Source: a virus. From it: 42,414 nt of DNA. The translations under genes were made by a program, and so were the position numbers. Below are positions 7,520-15,095 of the stretch, piece by piece (within the stretch, counting starts at the first letter, position 1; the number at the start of each line of letters is the position of its first letter). Below the pieces are notes generated by a model. It worked only from the letters and a program-made list of their open reading frames with translations, did no database searches and was not told the origin of the DNA. Location of the stretch: positions 1-42,414 of IMG/VR virus record IMGVR_UViG_3300045988_068405, one strand, 5' to 3'.

Positions 7520-7755
7520 TGGCAAAGTTGACACCATTGAAAGCAATCCGCGCCAAGTGTATGGATTGCACAGCAGGGCAGTTTATCGAGATCCGCCTTT
7601 GCACTTGTACAGAATGCCCTCTGTACGAGTACAGAATGGGAAAACGTCCTAAGGGTGAGGAAAGTATCACTGAGGAAGTTGAAACCGAGAATAGCGCAGA
7701 TAGCGCGGCACTTATTGGCACAGATGAAGAATTTGAGGAGGATGGAAATGAATAA
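7519..7755 (+). CDS. Small Cys-rich (zinc-finger-like) protein
   Basis: 78 aa. 'CMDCTAGQFIEIRLCTCTECPLY' followed by an acidic tail. Confidence 0.55.
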   Translation: MAKLTPLKAIRAKCMDCTAGQFIEIRLCTCTECPLYEYRMGKRPKGEESITEEVETENSADSAALIGTDEEFEEDGNE

Positions 7756-8209
7756 AGTTATTTTGATGGGAAGATTGACACGTGATCCAGAAGTCAGATA
7801 CACGAATCAGGGTACACGACAGATGGCAGTTGCCAGATACACTCTGGCAGTAGATCGCAGAGCATCAAGCCAGGTAAAGCAGGGAGATCAGACAGCAGAT
7901 TTTTTAAACTGTGTAGCTTTTGACAAGTCAGCAGAGTTTTGCGAGAAGTATATGCATCAGGGAATGAAGATGCTTGTAACAGGACACTTGCAGACAGGCA
8001 GCTACACCAATAGAGAGGGACAGAAGGTGTACACCACTGATGTGGTAATCGAATCGCAGGAATTTTGCGAGAAGAGAAGCGAGGGCGAGTCATACGTACC
8101 TCATCCTGCTATGGCAGAGGTGCAGAAGAATACACCACCAAGTCAGCACAAGGGCGGATGGATGAATATTCCTGATGGCGTAGAAGATGAAGGTTTGCCG
8201 TTTAATTGA
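7748..8209 (+). CDS. ssb: Single-stranded DNA-binding protein
   Basis: 'MNKVILMGRLTRDPEVRYT' OB-fold N-terminus and acidic C-terminal tip 'DEGLPFN'. RBS GAGGAGG lies 7 nt upstream of ATG 7748. The listed ORF start at 7655 is upstream read-through. Confidence 0.9.
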   Translation: MNKVILMGRLTRDPEVRYTNQGTRQMAVARYTLAVDRRASSQVKQGDQTADFLNCVAFDKSAEFCEKYMHQGMKMLVTGHLQTGSYTNREGQKVYTTDVVIESQEFCEKRSEGESYVPHPAMAEVQKNTPPSQHKGGWMNIPDGVEDEGLPFN

Positions 8210-8224
8210 TAGGGGGTCAAAACA

Positions 8225-8458
8225 ATGCTTTTAATGGATTTGAAGAGAAGTACAGCCTACAACGTAGATTCTTTTGCAGCCATCTACTACAGAGAAAAAT
8301 GTATATATATTGGCAACAACTATGGAAAGCGGATTGTAGCGGAGTATGATGATGAAAAAACTTGTGCAAAAGCATTTTACAAAATCGTTACGCAGATGAG
8401 CACGAAAGGAGTAAGGTTAGTTTTTGCACCAACGCAGATTGAGGTTGAACAGTGGTAG
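8225..8458 (+). CDS. Hypothetical protein
   Basis: 77 aa ORF in the operon; RBS-like GGGGG upstream. Confidence 0.5.
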   Translation: MLLMDLKRSTAYNVDSFAAIYYREKCIYIGNNYGKRIVAEYDDEKTCAKAFYKIVTQMSTKGVRLVFAPTQIEVEQW

Positions 8459-8985
8459 TTTCTGGAAAGTTTGATAGCATGAGCCTATCACTAGATGGCA
8501 AGCTAAAAATCACCTTTTCTGTATCCGAGAAAGAAAAAGCTCTGCGAGAGGTGGAAGAAATAAAAGACGTAGAAAAGCTTGATATTACCGCAAAAAAGCA
8601 CCGTAGCAAGCGAAGCTTGGATGCCAACGCATACTTTTGGGTGCTGTGCGATAAGATGGCGAAACGTCTAGGCTCAGACAAGTGGACAATCTACCTCTTG
8701 CAGCTCTCAAAGTATGGAGTTTTTGCAGACCTGAGAGCAACCGCCCAGGCACTGGATATCTTGAAAGAAAAGTTCCGATACACTGAGATTTTGAGCGCGG
8801 ATGATGATAGCTATATAGTGCGATGCTACTTTGGTTCATCCACCTACAACACCAAAGAAATGAGTGATTTGATACATGGCACAGTATCGGACGCAGAGTC
8901 ATTGGGCATTGATACCATCACACCCGAAGAATTAGAGAGGATGCTTGCTATCTGGAAGGGCAGCAACAACATGAAAGATTATTGA
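8452..8985 (+). CDS. NinB/Orf-like recombination protein
   Basis: 177 aa with a GTG start (alternative ATG at 8479). 'KRSLDANAYFWVLCDKMAKRLG' and 'GSSTYNTKEMSDLI...LGIDT' parallel lambda NinB 'RSLDQNRKLWACLGDV' and 'GQSTSRMRVGEFAELL'. Confidence 0.6.
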   Translation: MVVSGKFDSMSLSLDGKLKITFSVSEKEKALREVEEIKDVEKLDITAKKHRSKRSLDANAYFWVLCDKMAKRLGSDKWTIYLLQLSKYGVFADLRATAQALDILKEKFRYTEILSADDDSYIVRCYFGSSTYNTKEMSDLIHGTVSDAESLGIDTITPEELERMLAIWKGSNNMKDY

Positions 8986-9106
8986 TAACGTTTAACCCCC
9001 TCGTAGATGCCTTTTAAAGCAATTTGAGGTTTTGGGTGATAACTTATAGCCTAAAGCACATCAAAAAGCTAAAAGGCATTGCAGAGGGGCAAGAAAGGAG
9101 CAAAGA

Positions 9107-9289
9107 ATGAAGATTATTAAGTATGGCAACCGTAAGTTAAAGACGAAGCGTTTCACATGCCAGTATTGCGAAAGTATTTTTGATGCAGAGCCGAGTGAGT
9201 ACAAAACGACTTTTGCAAAGAATACTAAATACAATACCGTAACCTGCCCTTGCTGTGGCTTGCAGGTGATGCAGGCAGAGGAGGAATAA
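9107..9289 (+). CDS. Small zinc-ribbon protein
   Basis: 60 aa with two CxxC pairs (CQYC ... CPCC). RBS AAAGGAG. Confidence 0.6.
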   Translation: MKIIKYGNRKLKTKRFTCQYCESIFDAEPSEYKTTFAKNTKYNTVTCPCCGLQVMQAEEE

Positions 9290-9293
9290 ACGG

Positions 9294-10283
9294 ATGGCAA
9301 AAAGATATTATTGGCTGAAATTGCCAGAAGATTTTTTTAGACAGAAAGCCATTAAAAAGCTGAGAAGAATTGCAGGAGGAGATACCTACACAGTAATCTA
9401 TCTTAAAATGCTTTTGCTGGCACTCAAGCAGGAAGGAAAGCTTTTCTTTGAGGGAGTGGAAGATGATTTCTGTGATGAGCTTGCGCTTGATCTGGACGAA
9501 GAGCCAGACAACGTAAAAATAACAATTCAGTTTCTAATTGCACAGGGATTGATGCAGGAATGTGCAGATAATGAGTATATTTTGCCAGAATGCACGAATC
9601 TGACAGGCTCAGAAGACCCCAGTGCAGCACGTGTAAGAGCTTATAGAAGCAGAAAAGCGTTACAATGTAACGCGGATGTAACGGAGTGTAACGTGGCTGT
9701 AACAAGCTGTAACACAGAGAAAGAGATAGAGAAAGAGATAGAGACAGATACAGAGAAGAGTAAAGAGAAAAAGAAAAATACAGAGGATAGAGGAGAGGTA
9801 AAGACAGAAGGAACTATTTCTGACGAAATAGTTTGTCAGACGCAAAGCGTCTCACTTGATGTAAAAGAGGTAGCAGAGGCTTGGAATGATTTGCAGGGCT
9901 TGGGAATCAAGCCAGTAAGCAAGATGAGTGCATCCAGTACCAGATACAAAGCCTTATCAGCAAGAATCAGAGAACACGGAAAAGATAAAGTGTTAGAAGC
10001 TATCGAAAATATCAAGGCGAGTAACTTTTTGCAGGGCATGAACGATAAAGGATGGGTAATCACTTTTGATTGGTTTGTGAAACCTAATAATTTTGTAAAG
10101 GTTTTGGATGGAAATTACAGTAACCGAGTGACGAGAGAACAGGAAAAGAAAGGTGATGACAGATATGATGGAATCAAGTCTTGGGCAATCAAAAACGGGC
10201 TTAACACCGGAGAAGGAAGCGTGGTTGGCGATAACAACAATTCTGAAAACAGCGTATCCGACAAAGGGTTTTTTGGATTCTGA
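9294..10283 (+). CDS. Phage replisome organizer (Phage_rep_org_N-like)
   Basis: 329 aa. N-terminus 'YYWLKLPEDFFRQKAIKKLRRIAGGDTYTVIYLKMLL' is typical of replisome organizers. Contains the TGTAAC iteron array. Confidence 0.75.
   Translation: MAKRYYWLKLPEDFFRQKAIKKLRRIAGGDTYTVIYLKMLLLALKQEGKLFFEGVEDDFCDELALDLDEEPDNVKITIQFLIAQGLMQECADNEYILPECTNLTGSEDPSAARVRAYRSRKALQCNADVTECNVAVTSCNTEKEIEKEIETDTEKSKEKKKNTEDRGEVKTEGTISDEIVCQTQSVSLDVKEVAEAWNDLQGLGIKPVSKMSASSTRYKALSARIREHGKDKVLEAIENIKASNFLQGMNDKGWVITFDWFVKPNNFVKVLDGNYSNRVTREQEKKGDDRYDGIKSWAIKNGLNTGEGSVVGDNNNSENSVSDKGFFGF
9657..9713. repeat. Iteron array: five direct TGTAAC repeats at helical spacing plus one inverted copy (candidate ori)
   Basis: TGTAAC at 9666, 9677, 9687, 9698 and 9708 (spacings 11, 10, 11, 10). 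9657-9673 is the perfect palindrome GCGTTACAaTGTAACGC. A purine-rich tract of about 100 nt follows (9714-9812), with GAGAAAGAGATA repeated twice. Confidence 0.8.
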
Positions 10284-10845
10284 TGCAGCGGTTGAGCTGT
10301 GGTATAAGATGCTGCAAGATATCCCGATGCAGAAGGTGCAGAACGCAGCTGCACGATACATCATGGAAGAACACTTCCCACCTACAATTGCAGATATCCG
10401 CAAGCGGTGTGCAGAGGATAATGCAGCGCAACTCCCAGACTGGGAGCAGGGTTGGGCTGAGTGGCTGACAGCGATGCACAAGTATGGATATATGCGCGAG
10501 GACGAGGCTATTGAGAGCTTGAGCCCGATTACAAAAGAGGTTGTAAAGTGTCTGGGTTGGAAAAATCTCTGCCATAGCCAGAACTTAGAGGGTGATAGAA
10601 TCGCCTTTAGAGAGGTACATGGTAGATATGTACAACAAGCAAGAGAGAATTTACAGCTACCAGAGCAGCTAAAAGTGAACCATTATCAGATACCAACGTA
10701 TGCTGAGGAGCGATTGCAGATTGAGGCAATCCAGAACGGCATGAGGTATATCGGAACGGATCAGAGAACAGAAGGGTATGCAGAAGTGGCTGCAAGCCGT
10801 ATCCGAGAAAGGATTGAAGGAGGTGTAAACAGTGGAAGATATTAG
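10156..10845 (+). CDS. Helicase loader, SPP1 G39P-like
   Basis: About 229 aa. 'ILKTAYPTKGFLDSDAAVELWYKMLQDIPMQKVQNAAARYIMEEHFPPTIADIRK' fits the G39P loader family pattern. Start is ambiguous (GTG 10153, ATG 10156, 10165 or 10168). Overlaps the organizer gene by about 128 nt. Confidence 0.65.
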   Translation: MTDMMESSLGQSKTGLTPEKEAWLAITTILKTAYPTKGFLDSDAAVELWYKMLQDIPMQKVQNAAARYIMEEHFPPTIADIRKRCAEDNAAQLPDWEQGWAEWLTAMHKYGYMREDEAIESLSPITKEVVKCLGWKNLCHSQNLEGDRIAFREVHGRYVQQARENLQLPEQLKVNHYQIPTYAEERLQIEAIQNGMRYIGTDQRTEGYAEVAASRIRERIEGGVNSGRY

Positions 10846-11098
10846 AGCTAAGGCGGAAGAGTGGAACGCAAGCACAACAAAGAAAGTACCGTATGAGTTT
10901 GTAGAGTTCTGCGAAGGCAAGAGAAGTGTTGAGACGAGTGGAAAATATTGTACATGGAAACAGTGCTCTTATATAAGCTTGGAATCTGTGAATACAGCTT
11001 GTGGAAATGAAATTGCATTCATAAACGCTAGAGGGCTAGAAAAATATAAATTCTGCCCGTATTGTGGTAAAAAAATTAAGTTGAATAAGGAGGATTAA
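10832..11098 (+). CDS. Hypothetical zinc-ribbon protein
   Basis: 88 aa with a GTG start; 'CGNE...FCPYCGKKI'. Confidence 0.5.
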   Translation: MEDIRAKAEEWNASTTKKVPYEFVEFCEGKRSVETSGKYCTWKQCSYISLESVNTACGNEIAFINARGLEKYKFCPYCGKKIKLNKED

Positions 11099-11233
11099 AT
11101 GATTAGCTATTTAGTTACAGCATACTTAGTTGTTTGCGGAATTGCTACAGGAGATGCCTTAACTTTGGTTGCAGCAGGTGTATTTGCTGTAGCAGGAGCT
11201 ATTGCATGTGCAGATTTTAAAGAAAAGAAATAA
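11099..11233 (+). CDS. Small two-helix membrane protein (44 aa, not in ORF track)
   Basis: ATG immediately follows the upstream TAA. Hand translation: MISYLVTAYLVVCGIATGDALTLVAAGVFAVAGAIACADFKEKK. Confidence 0.5.
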   Translation: MISYLVTAYLVVCGIATGDALTLVAAGVFAVAGAIACADFKEKK

Positions 11234-11247
11234 GGAGGAATGGGAAA

Positions 11248-11595
11248 ATGGCTGAACAAATTAAATTTGAGATGGATTCCGATGAGGCATTTGACATTTT
11301 GAAGGATATCGGAGAGGCAGAAAACGAGTTGGGAAAGCAGTGTTGGAAAGATGGATTAAAAGCACAAGCGATTGAGTATTTTAAACATGAGGCTACATGC
11401 GAAATTGCGATTAAAGCAATCGAAAAAACAATTCCAATGAAACCAACTAGAATTAAAAAGGGGAATTATATATCAGATATCTATAGATGCGAATGCTGCA
11501 AACAGTTCATCGCAGGCATTCCAATGGCGACAAAATATTGCGATAACTGCGGGCAGAGACTTTACTGGGAGGAGAAAGAGGATGCGACTGATTGA
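11248..11595 (+). CDS. Hypothetical zinc-ribbon protein
   Basis: 115 aa with RBS AAGGAGG; 'CECCKQF...YCDNCGQRL'. Confidence 0.6.
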   Translation: MAEQIKFEMDSDEAFDILKDIGEAENELGKQCWKDGLKAQAIEYFKHEATCEIAIKAIEKTIPMKPTRIKKGNYISDIYRCECCKQFIAGIPMATKYCDNCGQRLYWEEKEDATD

Positions 11596-12013
11596 TGCGG
11601 ATGCACTGAAAGAAAGAGTCGGCAAAATTTGTGACAAGGCCGAGGAAGAATATGAACATACGAGCCTTACCAGACTGACATGGATATTTCAGGGTTTGAA
11701 GAATGCACTATTTACAGAAATTGATAACGAACCCACAGCACAGACATGGGTGACATGTGAAGAGAAATTGCCAGAAATGAAAGTAACTTGTGATGATTCA
11801 CTTTTTAAGGTGTATCGCTCAGAACCGGTTGTAGTGCAGACAAAGCGAGGAGAAATATTCTTGGCGGTATGCAAGAAAACAGAATGCAAAGATAATAGAC
11901 GATGGGATAGCGTTGACTGGTACACATCTGGAACTGGTGGCAGAAAGATGAAAGTAATGAGTAAGGTTGTGGCGTGGATGCCACAACCAGAACCGTGGAA
12001 ACCAAATTTTTAA
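11582..12013 (+). CDS. Hypothetical protein (DUF551-like C-terminus)
   Basis: 143 aa; 'MRLIDADAL' N-terminus and 'WVTCEEKLPE' motif. Confidence 0.5.
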   Translation: MRLIDADALKERVGKICDKAEEEYEHTSLTRLTWIFQGLKNALFTEIDNEPTAQTWVTCEEKLPEMKVTCDDSLFKVYRSEPVVVQTKRGEIFLAVCKKTECKDNRRWDSVDWYTSGTGGRKMKVMSKVVAWMPQPEPWKPNF

Positions 12014-12031
12014 TTTAGAGGCTAAGAAAAA

Positions 12032-12340
12032 ATGAAAAGTATAATGCAGACAAAAAAAGAGTGCTATGTCTGCCGAGAACTGGTAGGGGCAGAAATGTCC
12101 CTGCCAGACACAGGGCTTGAAATGCACCATATCTTTGGAGGGACGGCAAACAGAAAGCTATCCGAGAAGTATGGCTTAAAGGTTTGGCTGTGCCATAGCC
12201 ACCACAACGAGCCGCCCTGCGGTGTACATTTTTGTAAAGAAGCAGCGGAAAAGCTGCATGAAGAAGGACAAAAGGCATTTGAAAGAAAATATCCCAATGA
12301 AGATTTTAAAGCGATTTTTGGGAAGAATTACAGGAGGTAA
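12032..12340 (+). CDS. HNH/His-Me-finger-like zinc protein (NinG/Rap-like, putative)
   Basis: 102 aa; 'CYVC...LEMHHIFGGTANRKLSEKYGLKVWLCHSHHN...GVH'. Confidence 0.45.
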   Translation: MKSIMQTKKECYVCRELVGAEMSLPDTGLEMHHIFGGTANRKLSEKYGLKVWLCHSHHNEPPCGVHFCKEAAEKLHEEGQKAFERKYPNEDFKAIFGKNYRR

Positions 12341-12343
12341 GAA

Positions 12344-13312
12344 ATGGCAGAAAGAGAGTGGAATCCAAAAATTGGAGACAAAGTATACTGTGTATGTGAG
12401 TACTACACAAGCGATTACACGATGAGATATAAGGGACTGGAAGGTTTTAGAAATTACGGACTTGAGGTAGTGGAGAGTATTGTAAAATCTCCGTACAAGT
12501 GGAAAAGTGGTGGGCTAGGCTGCGTATCTGTGTGCTTACACAGAGAGGTGGGCGACAATGCCAATAACTTATTCTATTGGAAAAAGAGCGATCTAGGCGC
12601 AAGATTATTTGCTACACGCGAGGAAGCTGCGGCTGTAGCAGATGCCAGAGCACACAGCATGGACTTGGGACTGTGGGGGAAGAAGTACGAGAACCGCCCC
12701 ATGTACAAGAACTGGTTACACTGGGAAAAACCAGAAATGCGGAAAAATGTAGCAGAAGCCACAAAATCTCCAGAAAATGGAGCAAAGACCAGAGAGCGCA
12801 CAAAGAGAAAATCAAAGCAGGTATTTAAACGCAAGGCAGAGCTACCAGAAGAAATCTATACACAGTGGAGAGATGGAAAGCTTACAACCGCAGAAGGGGC
12901 AAAGATAATCGGGGTAGCAGCAGTAACTTTTGAAAAGTACGCATACGAGCAGATAAAAGCCAGAGGAGAAAAGCACACAGGATATTCCAGAAACAGAAAG
13001 AAACTTGAAATTGAAAATTTTGAAGAAAATTATCAGAAATGGAGAGATGGCAAGTTAAGCGGAGTAGATGCTGCTGAGAGATGTAAGGTATCACAGGCAA
13101 CATTTACAAAATATGCAAATGAGCAGCTTAAAGCCAGAGGAGAAAGTAAAAAAAGCTCTCCACATTGCCCTCTTCCAGATAATTTTTATGAAATTTTCGC
13201 AAAAGTGGATAGCGGAAGAATCCCGATAGCAGAAGGTGCAAGGCAGTGCAATATGCCGTATCGCAGATTTTTATATCAGGTGGAACGGGTACGGAAGGAA
13301 AAGAAAAACTGA
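12344..13312 (+). CDS. Hypothetical protein with three tandem HTH-like repeats
   Basis: 322 aa. Repeats are 'YTQWRDGKLTTAEGAKIIGVAAVTFEKYAYEQIKARGE', 'YQKWRDGKLSGVDAAERCKVSQATFTKYANEQLKARGE' and 'FAKVDSGRIPIAEGARQCNMPYRRFLYQVERVRKE'. Confidence 0.65.
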   Translation: MAEREWNPKIGDKVYCVCEYYTSDYTMRYKGLEGFRNYGLEVVESIVKSPYKWKSGGLGCVSVCLHREVGDNANNLFYWKKSDLGARLFATREEAAAVADARAHSMDLGLWGKKYENRPMYKNWLHWEKPEMRKNVAEATKSPENGAKTRERTKRKSKQVFKRKAELPEEIYTQWRDGKLTTAEGAKIIGVAAVTFEKYAYEQIKARGEKHTGYSRNRKKLEIENFEENYQKWRDGKLSGVDAAERCKVSQATFTKYANEQLKARGESKKSSPHCPLPDNFYEIFAKVDSGRIPIAEGARQCNMPYRRFLYQVERVRKEKKN

Positions 13313-13325
13313 AGGAGGATTAAAC

Positions 13326-13418
13326 ATGGAAATTGCAGTATTTTTAGCAGGAGTATTTACAGGAATCATTGTAACTATCGTTTTTGCATTGTGTGCAGCA
13401 GGTGGTGATGATGATTGA
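13326..13418 (+). CDS. 30-aa single-pass membrane peptide
   Basis: Internal ATG of listed ORF 13236..13418 with GAAGGAGG 7 nt upstream. Sequence MEIAVFLAGVFTGIIVTIVFALCAAGGDDD. Confidence 0.5.
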   Translation: MEIAVFLAGVFTGIIVTIVFALCAAGGDDD

Positions 13419-13714
13419 ACAAAGCGAGGTACACTAATTGGTGGTACAATGTAGTCTTGAGTTTGATCAAGGAGTGCGCGAGGGGGCGGCACAGCTCCCC
13501 ACAGCTCCAGAACATCGAGAAAGCGATGGAAAAGGCGGTGAAGGCAACAGCCGTATATGATAACTGGGAATACAGAAATAAAGCAATCTATTTAATATTT
13601 TATAAAGGATATAGCACTCTAAAGGTTGCAAACGAGTTACATTTTTCTGAGGTAACGATTAAAAGGTGGAAAAGTGAGTTCGTAAATAAAGTCGGATATT
13701 TTGCAGGATTTTAA
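13415..13714 (+). CDS. Late-gene regulator candidate, sigma-70 region-4-like HTH (RinA/ArpU/DUF1492-like)
   Basis: 99 aa with a TTG start. 'IYLIFYKGYSTLKVANELHFSEVTIKRWKSEFVNKV'. It is the last gene before the packaging module. Confidence 0.55.
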   Translation: MNKARYTNWWYNVVLSLIKECARGRHSSPQLQNIEKAMEKAVKATAVYDNWEYRNKAIYLIFYKGYSTLKVANELHFSEVTIKRWKSEFVNKVGYFAGF

Positions 13715-13717
13715 TTG

Positions 13718-13753
13718 GATTGATACAACAACAATCAAAATTAGTTCTACAAT
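13718..13753 (+). promoter_or_regulatory. Late-element copy 1: GATTGATACAACAACAATCAAAA plus -10-like TACAAT
   Basis: The 23-nt motif (13718-13740) contains the inverted repeat GATTG-N9-CAATC. TACAAT sits 7 nt downstream (13748-13753). No -35 hexamer is present. The motif matches 19460-19482 at 22/23 positions. Confidence 0.55.
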
Positions 13754-13876
13754 ATGGGAGTACGGAGAAAGCTGTTGACGACTCTATACACCTCCTATAA
13801 GCCACAGGCGGTAAAAGTGGCTGAGTTGATACACTCCCCCAGTGCAATTCTGGTTCGCCACACCCTCAGGGTGCAT

Positions 13877-13902
13877 AGCCGTCTGGAAAGGCGGCTTTTC
13901 TT
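13877..13902 (+). terminator. Intrinsic terminator in the leader upstream of the late operon
   Basis: Stem 13877-13883/13890-13896 (7 bp including one G.U), 6-nt loop, then TTTTCTT. Located 20 nt before the ATG at 13922. Confidence 0.6.
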
Positions 13903-13921
13903 GTATTAGAAAGGAGAAGGA

Positions 13922-15094
13922 ATGGAAATCAAGGATTTAAAAATCACGGATTTGAAACCATATGAAAAGAATCCAAGAATGAATGATAATGCAGTGCCGT
14001 ATGTGGCAAATAGCATCAAGGAATTTGGCTTTAAAGTTCCAATTATCATCGACAAGAAAAATGTGATTGTAGCAGGGCACACTAGATACAAGGCAGCACA
14101 ACAGCTTGGGCTAGAGACAGTCCCATGCATTATTGCAGATGATCTTACTCCAAAGCAGATTAAGGCATTTCGGTTGGCAGATAACAAAACGGCTGAAAAG
14201 GCAGAGTGGGAGACTGAATTTCTGAGTGATGAATTAAAAGAACTTCTTGATGTAGATATGGGAGCTTTCGGCTTTGAAGATGTATTAGATGATCTTGAAG
14301 AAGAACTTGAAGCACAAGAAGATGATTATGAAATGGAGCTTCCAGAAGATCCAAGGGCAAAAACAGGACAGATATGGCAGTTAGGAAAGCATCGACTGAT
14401 GTGTGGAGACAGTACGAAAAAAACAGACGTTTTGCAACTGGTGGGGGGGTGCAAAATGGATATTCTGATAACCGATCCACCGTACAATGTATCGTATGAA
14501 GGGAAAACAAAAGACAATCTTAAAATCCAGAATGATAATTTAAATAGCGAGGATTTTAGAACATTTTTAAGGGATGCATTCAAAAATGCAGACGATGTAA
14601 TGCGTGAGGGGGCTGCTTTTTATATTTGGTATGCATCTAGCGAAGCAATTAACTTTGAATCCGCATGCAATGACGCAGGATGGAAAATTAGGCAAAACCT
14701 TATATGGGAGAAGAACACATTCGTTTTGGGGAGACAGGATTACCAATGGAATCATGAGCCGTGCTTATATGGTTGGAAAGATGGTGCAGCGCATACATGG
14801 ATGAGTGACAGAAAACAAACGACAATTTTAAAATTTAATCGACCTATAAGAAATGACATTCATCCAACGATGAAACCAATTCCATTGTTTGACTATCAAA
14901 TCAAAAATAGTACAAGATCAGGTGACAAAGTGCTTGATCTATTTGGGGGAAGCGGAACAACGATAATGGCATGTGAGCAAAATGGGCGGACTGCATACGT
15001 GATGGAGTATGATCCTAAATATGCGGACGCGATAATAGATAGGTGGCAGACCTATACAGGAGAAAAAGCAGTATTGCTAGAAAGTGAGGGCTAA
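13922..15094 (+). CDS. ParB-like nuclease domain fused to a DNA methyltransferase (beta-class N6A/N4C)
   Basis: 390 aa. ParB-N motif 'IIDKKNVIVAGHTRYKAAQQLG'. Methyltransferase motif IV 'ITDPPYN' lies before motif I 'VLDLFGGSGTT'. Confidence 0.85.
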   Translation: MEIKDLKITDLKPYEKNPRMNDNAVPYVANSIKEFGFKVPIIIDKKNVIVAGHTRYKAAQQLGLETVPCIIADDLTPKQIKAFRLADNKTAEKAEWETEFLSDELKELLDVDMGAFGFEDVLDDLEEELEAQEDDYEMELPEDPRAKTGQIWQLGKHRLMCGDSTKKTDVLQLVGGCKMDILITDPPYNVSYEGKTKDNLKIQNDNLNSEDFRTFLRDAFKNADDVMREGAAFYIWYASSEAINFESACNDAGWKIRQNLIWEKNTFVLGRQDYQWNHEPCLYGWKDGAAHTWMSDRKQTTILKFNRPIRNDIHPTMKPIPLFDYQIKNSTRSGDKVLDLFGGSGTTIMACEQNGRTAYVMEYDPKYADAIIDRWQTYTGEKAVLLESEG

Positions 15095-15095
15095 A

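Noticed and set aside
9993-10481. Listed minus-strand ORF (162 aa), and similar long antisense ORFs (16278..16688, 26156..26668, 29767..30156, 5292..5648)
   Set aside because: Each lies antisense to a gene with clear family motifs, lacks an RBS, and has the Ser/Leu/Cys-rich composition typical of shadow frames.
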